From an uncultured delta proteobacterium (GTDB lineage Bacteria; Desulfobacterota; Desulfobacteria; Desulfobacterales; SG8-13): a stretch of DNA of 64,000 nt. The position numbers were made by a program, and so were the translations under genes. Location: contig CAWGUE010000001.1 in NCBI GenBank assembly GCA_963825595.1, positions 70,584 through 134,583 of the forward strand, written 5' to 3'. This document shows positions 56,753-64,000 of this stretch, one piece after another (within the stretch, counting starts at the first letter, position 1; every line of letters starts with the position of its first letter). A model generated the notes under the pieces. The model saw nothing but the letters and a program-made list of their open reading frames with translations, did no database searches and was not told the origin of the DNA.

Positions 56753-57207
56753 CGATTGGTTCAGTAACACCGAGTATCGGAACCTACACTGCACCGACTT
56801 GGACGATAGGCACTCTCAATAATGGTGTCAGTGCAACGTTAACCATCGTAGCTGATGTTGATGCCGGAACCGCCGGGTCGACCATCACTAACACGGTCAC
56901 CAACGTCACCCTGGATCAGACCGACAGCAACACCACCGCCGATGATCCCAGTGAGTCGCTCACGGTCGGTAACGCAACCGATCTGGTTATTGCTAAGACG
57001 GTTGACAACGGAACTCCCGATGAAGGCGATACGGTCACCTTCACCGTCACGGTCACAAACAGCGGGCCGGCCCAGGCCACCAACGTCAGCATCGATGACG
57101 CTGCTGCCGGCTGGCTTGACGGTCGGTTCGATCACTCCGAGCCAGGGCATGGACCGCACCCACATGGACCATCGGGACCCTGGCTGATGGCGCCAGTGCC
57201 ACTTTAA
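56617..57207 (+). CDS. Giant surface protein fragment (DUF11 units)
   Basis: Track ORF in the repeat frame. Lost after indels near 57101 and 57148. Confidence 0.6.
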   Translation: [196 protein letters not shown]

Positions 57208-57284
57208 CCATCCAGGCCACCGTCAATGCCGGTACCGCCGGATCGACCATCACCAACACGGTCACCAACGTCAGCCTGGATCAG

Positions 57285-57659
57285 GTGGACAGCGACACCA
57301 CCGCCGATGATCTCAGTGAGTCGATCACGGTCGGCAATGCAACGGATCTGGTCATCACAAAGATTGTTGATAACGGAACTCCCGATGAAGGCGACACGGT
57401 CACCTTCACCGTCACGGTCACAAACAACGGTCCGGCCCAGGCCACAAACGTCAGCATCGATGACGCCCTGCCGGCCGGCTTGACGATTGGTTCGGTAACT
57501 CCGAGCACCGGAACATGGACCGCACCCACATGGACCATCGGTACCCTGGCTGACGGAGCAAGCGCGACATTAACGATCACGGCTGACCGTCAACGCCGGT
57601 ACCGCCGGTCCGACCATCACAAACACGGTCACAAACGTGACCCTGGATCAGGTCGATAG
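57285..57659 (+). CDS. Giant surface protein fragment (DUF11 unit)
   Basis: Track ORF in the repeat frame. Lost at a 1-nt insertion near 57587. Confidence 0.6.
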   Translation: [124 protein letters not shown]

Positions 57660-57715
57660 CAACACTACCGCCGATGACCCAGTGAGTCGTCACCGTCGGT
57701 AACAGCACGGATCTT

Positions 57716-58315
57716 GTGATTGGTAAAACCGTCGATAACGGAACCCCGGATGAAGGCGATACCGTCACCTTCACCGTCACGGTGACAAACAACGGTCCTG
57801 CTCAAGCTTCAAACGTCAGTATCGATGACGCCCTGCCCGCAGGTTTGACGGCCGGTACGATCACCCCCAGCCAGGGCAGTTTCACCGCACCCACATGGAC
57901 CATCGGGACCATCGACAGTGGCGCAAACGCTACATTAACAATTCAGGCCACCGTCGATGCCGGCACCGCCGGTTCCACCATCACCAACACGGTCACCAAC
58001 GTCACTCTGGATCAGGTGGACAGCAACACCACCGCTGATGATCTCAGTGAGTCGGTCACGGTCGGTAACGCGACGGATCTGGTTATTGGTAAAACGGTTG
58101 ACAATGGAACGCCGGATGAGGGCGACACGGTCACCTTCACCGTCACGGTCACAAACAACGGACCGGCCCAGGCCACAAACGTCAGCATCGATGACGTGCT
58201 GCCGGCTGGCTTGACGATTGGTTCAGTAACACCGAGCATCGGATCCTACACCGCACCGACATGGACCATCGGCACCTCAGACAATGGTGTCAAGCGCCAC
58301 GTTAACGATTCGTAG
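57716..58315 (+). CDS. Giant surface protein fragment (DUF11 units)
   Basis: Track ORF in the repeat frame. Lost near 58290. Confidence 0.6.
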   Translation: [199 protein letters not shown]

Positions 58316-58374
58316 CCGACGTCGATGCCGGTACCGCCGGATCGACCATCACCAACACGGTCACTAACGTCACC

Positions 58375-59007
58375 TTGGATCAGGTCGACAGCAACACCAC
58401 CGCTGATGATCCCAGTGAGTCAATCACCGTTGGCAACGCGACGGATCTTGTTATTGGTAAAACCGTCGACAACGGAACCCCGGATGAGGGCGACACGGTC
58501 ACCTTCACCGTCACGGTTACAAACAGCGGACCAGCCCAGGCCACTAACATCAGCATCGACGACGTGGTGCCCGCCGGCCTGACCATCGGTTCAGTTACAC
58601 CGAGCGCTGGAACATGGGCCGATCCGACATGGAGCATCGGAACCATCGACAGTGGCAACAGCGCCACCTTGACTATACAGGCCACGGTCAACGCCGGAAC
58701 CTCAGGCAGCACGATCACTAACACGGTCACTAACGTTGTCCTGGATCAGGTGGATAGCAATACCACCGCTGATGATCTTAGTGAGTCGGTCACAGTGGGC
58801 AACGCTACGGATTTGGTTATTGGTAAAACGGTCGATAACGCCACCCCCGATGAGGGCGACACGGTCACTTTCACCGTCACGGTCACAAACAACGGACCGG
58901 CCCAGGCCACTAATGTCAGCATCGATGATGCTCTGCCCGCAGGTTTGACGATCTGGATCAATTACACCCAGTCACCGGACACTACACCGCACCGACCTGG
59001 ACCATAG
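58375..59007 (+). CDS. Giant surface protein fragment (DUF11 units)
   Basis: Track ORF in the repeat frame. Lost near 58950. Confidence 0.6.
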   Translation: [210 protein letters not shown]

Positions 59008-59116
59008 GAACCTCGATAGTGGTGTCAGTGCCACTCTGACCATCGTAGCTGATGTCGATGCCGGAACCGCCGGGTCGACCATCACTAACACGGTCACTAA
59101 CGTCACCCTGGATCAG

Positions 59117-59752
59117 GTGGACAGCAACACCACCGCCGATGATCTCAGTGAGTCGTCACGGTCGGCAACAGCAACGGATCTGGTCATCGCTAAGATTGTT
59201 GATAACGGAACCCCGGATGAAGGCGACACGGTCACCTTCACCGTCACGGTCACAAACAACGGACCGGCCCAGGCTTCAAACGTCAGCATCGATGACGCCC
59301 TGCCCGCGGGTTTGACTGCTGGAACCATCACCTTTAGCCAGGGCAGCTTCACCGCACCCACATGGACCATCGGAACCATAGACAGTGGTTCAAACGCCAC
59401 GTTAACGATTCAAGCCACCGTCGATGCCGGTACCGCCGGATCAATCATCACCAACACGGTCACAAACGTCACCTTGGATCAAGTCGACAGCGACACCACC
59501 GCTGATGATCCCAGTGAGTCAATCACCGTTGGCAACGCGACGGATCTTGTTATTGGTAAAACCGTCGACAACGGAACCCCGGATGAGGGCGACACGGTCA
59601 CCTTCACCGTCACGGTTACAAACAACGGACCGGCCCAGGCCACTAACGTCAGTATCGATGATGTACTGCCGGCCGGTTTGACGATTGGTTCAGTAACTCC
59701 GAGCACCGGAACATGGAGCAGCACCCACATGGACCATCGGTACCCTGGCTGA
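59117..59752 (+). CDS. Giant surface protein fragment (DUF11 units)
   Basis: Track ORF. Compensating indels near 59150-59165. Frame lost near 59715. Confidence 0.6.
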   Translation: [211 protein letters not shown]

Positions 59753-59834
59753 CGGAGCAAGCGCGACACTGACCATCACGGCTGATGTCGATGCCGGAAC
59801 CTCAGGCAGCACGATCACTAACACGGTCACAAAC

Positions 59835-61667
59835 GTGACCCTGGACCAGACCGACAGCAACACCACCGTTGATGATCCCAGTGAATCGATAACCGTCGGC
59901 AATGCGACGGATCTGGTTATCGGTAAAACGGTCGATAATGGAACCCCGAATGAGGGTGACACCGTTACCTTCACCGTCACGGTGACTAACAGCGGCCCCG
60001 CTCAGGCCACGAACGTCACGCTCGACGATGACCTGCCCCCTGGTTTGACCCTCGGCACGGTCACCCCCAGCCAGGGCACCTACACCGCTCCCACATGGAC
60101 GATAGGAACACTCAATAGCGGTGCCAGTGCAACGTTAACCATCGTAGCTGATGTTGATGCCGGAACGGCCGGTTCCACTATCACAAATACGGTTGCCAAT
60201 GTCTCCCTGGATCAGGTCGACAGCAACACCACCGCCGATGATCCCAGTGAGTCGATCACAGTCGGAAACAGCACCGACCTTGTGATCGGTAAAACCGTCG
60301 ACAACGGAACGCCGAATGAGGGCGACACCGTCACCTTCACCGTCACGGTCACAAACAGCGGCCCGGCTCAGGCCACCAATGTCAGTATCGATGATGTGCT
60401 GCCGGCTGGGTTGACGATTGGTTCAGTAACACCGAGTATCGGATCCTACACTGCACCAACTTGGACGATAGGCACTCTCAATAATGGTGTCAGTGCAACG
60501 TTAACCATCGTAGCTGATGTTGATGCCGGAACCGCCGGGTCGACCATTACAAATACGGTCACCAACGTCAGTCTGGATCAGACCGACAGCAACACCACCG
60601 CTGATGATCTCAGTGAGTCGGTCACCGTCGGTAACAGGACGGATCTGGTTATTGGTAAAACGGTTGATAACGGAACCCCGAATGAGGGCGACACCGTTAC
60701 CTTCACGGTGACGGTTACAAACAACGGACCGGCCCAGGCCACTAACGTCAGCATCGATGACGCCCTGCCCGCGGGTTTGACTGCGGGAACGATCACTCCC
60801 AGCCAAGGCAGCTGGACCGCACCGACATGGACGGTCGGAACAATCGACAGTGGATCAAACGCCACATTAACCATTCAGGCCACAGTCGATGCCGGAACCG
60901 CCGGTCAAACCATCACCAACACGGTCACCAACGTCACCCTGGATCAGGTCGACAGCAACACCACCGCTGATGACCTCAGCGAGTCGATCACCGTCGGTAA
61001 CGCGACGGATCTGGTCATCACCAAGATCGTCGATAACGCTACTCCGGACGAAGGCGACACGGTCACCTTCACCGTCACGGTTACAAACAACGGTCCGGCT
61101 CAGGCTTCAAACGTCAGCATCGATGACGCCCTGCCCGCGGGTTTAACAGCCGGTACGATCACTCCCAGCCAGGGTAGTTGGACCGCACCGACATGGACCG
61201 TCGGAACCATCGATGCTGGATCGAACGCCACGTTAACGATCCAGGCCTCCGCCGACGCCGGTACCGCTGGATCAACCATCACCAACACGGTCACCAACGT
61301 GACCCTGGATCAGATCGACAGCGACACCACCGCTGATGATCTCAGTGAGTCGGTCACGGTCGGCAACAGCACGGATCTTGTTATTGGTAAAACGGTCGAT
61401 AACGGCACCCCGGATGAAGGCGACACGGTTACCTTCACCGTCACGGTCACAAACAACGGGCCGGCTCAGGCCTCAAACGTCAGCATCGATGACGCCCTGC
61501 CCGCAGGTTTGACGGCCGGAACGATTACTCCCAGCCAGGGCAGCTACACCGCACCGACATGGACCATCGGCACCATCGACAGTGGATCAAACGCTACCTT
61601 AACGATTCAGGCTACGTCGATGCCGGAACCGCCGGATCGACCATCACCAACACGGTCACCAACGTGA
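59835..61667 (+). CDS. Giant surface protein fragment (five DUF11 units)
   Basis: 610-aa track ORF. Ends after a 1-nt deletion near 61614 (caggctac-gtcgat versus caggccaccgtcgat). Confidence 0.75.
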   Translation: [610 protein letters not shown]

Positions 61668-64000
61668 CCCTGGATCAGGTGGATGACAACACCACCGCTG
61701 ATGATCTCAGTGAGTCGGTCACCGTCGGCAACAGCACCGATCTTGTCATCACTAAGATTGTTGATAACGGAACACCCGATGAAGGCGACACGGTCACCTT
61801 CACCGTCACGGTCACAAATAACGGACCGGCCCAGGCTTCAAACGTCAGTATCGATGATGCCCTGCCCGCGGGTTTGACGGCTGGAACCATCACCCCCAGC
61901 CAGGGCAGCTTCACCGCACCCACATGGACCATCGGAACCATCGACAGTGGTTCAAACGCCACGTTAACGATTCAGGCCACGGTCGATGCCGGCACCGCCG
62001 GTCAGACCATCACCAACACGGTCACCAACGTGACCCTGGATCAGGTGGATGACAACACCACCGCTGATGATCTCAGTGAATCGGTCACGGTCGGTAACAG
62101 TACCGATCTTGCCATTACAAAGATCGTTGATAACGGAACTCCCGATGAAGGCGACACGGTCACCTTCACCGTCACAGTCACAAACAACGGTCCGGCCCAG
62201 GCTTCAAACGTCAGTATCGATGACGCCCTGCCCGCGGGTTTGACGGCCGGAATCATCACTCCCAGCCAGGGCAGCTACACCGCACCGACATGGACAGTCG
62301 GCACCCTGGCTGACGGAGCAAGCGCGACACTGACCATCACTGCTGACGTCGACGCCGGCACCGCCGGGTCCACGATCACCAACACGGTCACAAACGTCAC
62401 CCTGGATCAGGTCGACAGCAACACCACCGCCGATGATCCCAGCGAATCGATCACGGTCGGCAACAGTACCGATCTTTTTATTGGTAAAACAGTCGACAAT
62501 GGATCCCCCGACGAAGGCGACACGGTCACTTTCACCGTCACGGTCACAAACAGCGGACCGGCCCAGGCCACTAACATCAGCATCGATGACGCCCTGCCCG
62601 CAGGTCTCATGATCGGTTCAGCGACACCGAGCACCGGAACATGGACTGCGCCGACCTGGACGATAGGAACACTCAATAGTGGCGTCAGTGCCACTCTGAC
62701 CATCGTAGCTGATGTTGATGCCGGAACCGCCGGGTCGACCATCACTAATACGGTCACTAACGTCAGTCTGGATCAGACCGACAGCAACACCACCGCCGAT
62801 GATCCCAGTGAGTCGCTCACGGTCGGTAATGCAACGGATCTGGTTATTGGTAAGACGGTTGATAATGGAACCCCGAATGAAGGCGACACCGTCACCTTTA
62901 CTGTCACGGTCACAAACAGCGGTCCTGCTCAGGCCACTAACGTCAGCATCGATGACACCCTGCCCGCAGGTTTGACTGCTGGAACCATCACCTCCAGCCA
63001 GGGCAGCTTCACCGCACCCACATGGACCATCGGAACCATAGACAGTGGTTCAAACGCCACGTTAACGATTCAAGCCACCGTCGATGCCGGTACCGCCGGA
63101 TCAATCATCACCAACACGGTCACCAACGTCACCCTGGATCAAGTCGACAGCGACACCACCGCTGATGATCCCAGTGAGTCAATCACCGTTGGCAACAGTA
63201 CCGATCTTTTTATTGGTAAAACCGTCGACAACGGAACCCCGGATGAGGGCGACACGGTCACCTTCACTGTCACGATCACAAATAACGGGCCGGCCCAGGC
63301 CACCAACGTCAGCATCGATGACGTGCTGCCGGCTGGCCTGACGATTGGTTCGGTAACTCCGAGCACCGGAACATGGAGCGCTCCCACATGGACCATCGGT
63401 ACCCTGGCTGACGGAGCAAGCGCGACACTGACCATCACTGCTGACGTCGATGCCGGCACCGCCGGTTCCACCATCACCAACATGGTCACCAACGTCAGCC
63501 TGGATCAGGTGGACAGCGACACCACCGCTGATGATCTCAGTGAGTCGCTCACGGTCGGTAATGCAACGGATCTGGTTATTGGTAAGACGGTTGATAATGG
63601 AACCCCGAATGAAGGCGACACCGTCACCTTTACTGTCACGGTCACAAACAGCGGTCCTGCTCAGGCCACTAACGTCAGCATCGATGACACCCTGCCCGCA
63701 GGTTTGACTGCTGGAACCATCACCTCCAGCCAGGGCAGCTTCACCGCACCCACATGGACCATCGGAACCATAGACAGTGGTTCAAACGCCACGTTAACGA
63801 TTCAAGCCACCGTCGATGCCGGTACCGCCGGATCAATCATCACCAACACGGTCACCAACGTCACCCTGGATCAAGTCGACAGCGACACCACCGCTGATGA
63901 TCCCAGTGAGTCAATCACCGTCGGCAACAGTACCGATCTTTTTATTGGTAAAACCGTCGACAACGGAACCCCGGATGAGGGCGACACGGTCACCTTCACT
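61616..64000 (+). CDS. Giant surface protein fragment (at least 6.5 DUF11 units), open to the right window edge
   Basis: Not in the track because there is no stop in the window. The frame with codons at positions congruent to 2 mod 3 reads [34 protein letters not shown]... without interruption to 64000. Confidence 0.75.
62808..64000 (+). repeat. Two-unit (732-bp) higher-order repeat, nearly identical copies
   Basis: 62808-63268 and 63540-64000 differ at one position in about 460 nt by my manual comparison (caccgtTggc versus caccgtCggc). Confidence 0.8.

Larger units (their letters stand above)
54412..64000 (+). repeat. Tandem array of at least 26 units of 366 bp (122 aa, DUF11 conserved repeat domain)
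   Basis: The landmark ctggat(c/a)a(g/a) recurs at 54715, 55081, 55448, 55814, 56180, 56546, 56911, 57276, 57643, 58007, 58375, 58741, 59108, 59474, 59841, 60207, 60573, 60939, 61305, 61670, 62036, 62402, 62768, 63134, 63500 and 63866 (manual count). Unit consensus: [61 protein letters not shown]...G..ATLTI.A.[32 protein letters not shown].TVGN. Confidence 0.95.

Noticed and set aside
49055-61614. Frameshifts in the giant gene as programmed recoding or phase-variable contingency tracts
   Set aside because: The sites are not long homopolymers or slippery heptamers and are not at equivalent positions in the repeat units. The indels go in both directions. Mutation or sequencing error is the simpler explanation.
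54141-63492. Recurrent minus-strand ORFs of 70-117 aa in the DUF11 array (...VTVKVTVSPSSGVPLSTV...)
   Set aside because: They are the antisense translation of the same 366-bp unit. They recur only because the repeat recurs and have no independent start or RBS signals.
54412-64000. Regular repeats that could be mistaken for a CRISPR array
   Set aside because: The period is 366 bp, with no short repeat/unique spacer alternation. The whole unit is coding (DUF11), and there are no cas genes.

Overview
All calls were made by eye from the sequence and the ORF track. Domain names are recognised motifs, not HMM hits. The window comes from a bacterial chromosome rich in MITE-like elements. The gene content (NorR, DUF4388 receivers, PhnD-like binding proteins beside HAMP kinases, several sigma-54 activators) suggests a Desulfobacterota-type organism, but that is a guess. 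Layout, left to right:
(1) A TPR-like repeat gene running off the left edge, a BaeSR-like two-component pair, and a divergent Spy/CpxP-like gene.
(2) A minus-strand respiratory nitrate reductase locus, narGHJI-narK, followed by FmdE-like, MoeA-like and universal stress protein genes.
(3) norR divergent from a hemerythrin gene that carries a clear sigma-54 promoter.
(4) A 9-kb minus-strand signalling block: hybrid kinase, REC-DUF4388, HD-GYP, HEAT-repeat protein and REC-GGDEF.
(5) A plus-strand array of a TolC-like gene, three PhnD-like binding-protein paralogs and kinase paralogs. Several of these carry multiple frameshifts. An intact PAS kinase and an NtrC-type activator follow.
(6) A ParE/RelE toxin-antitoxin pair and an orphan tRNA 3' half with its own terminator.
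(7) A sigma-54 promoter with an upstream palindrome, a small gene, and a giant surface-protein gene that starts at 41996 and runs off the right edge (more than 22 kb). It ends in at least 26 tandem 366-bp DUF11 repeats. It is intact for 7.1 kb and then broken by many 1-2 nt indels.
At least five families of non-autonomous repeat elements occur, one nested inside another. Five of the seven non-nested copies (families A-D) end on or within 4 nt of a neighbouring stop codon. No transposase, integrase, CRISPR array or rRNA gene is visible. The most interesting items are the giant sigma-54-linked adhesin locus with its repeat dynamics, the possible island junction, and the MITE behaviour. I found no clearly novel multi-gene system.
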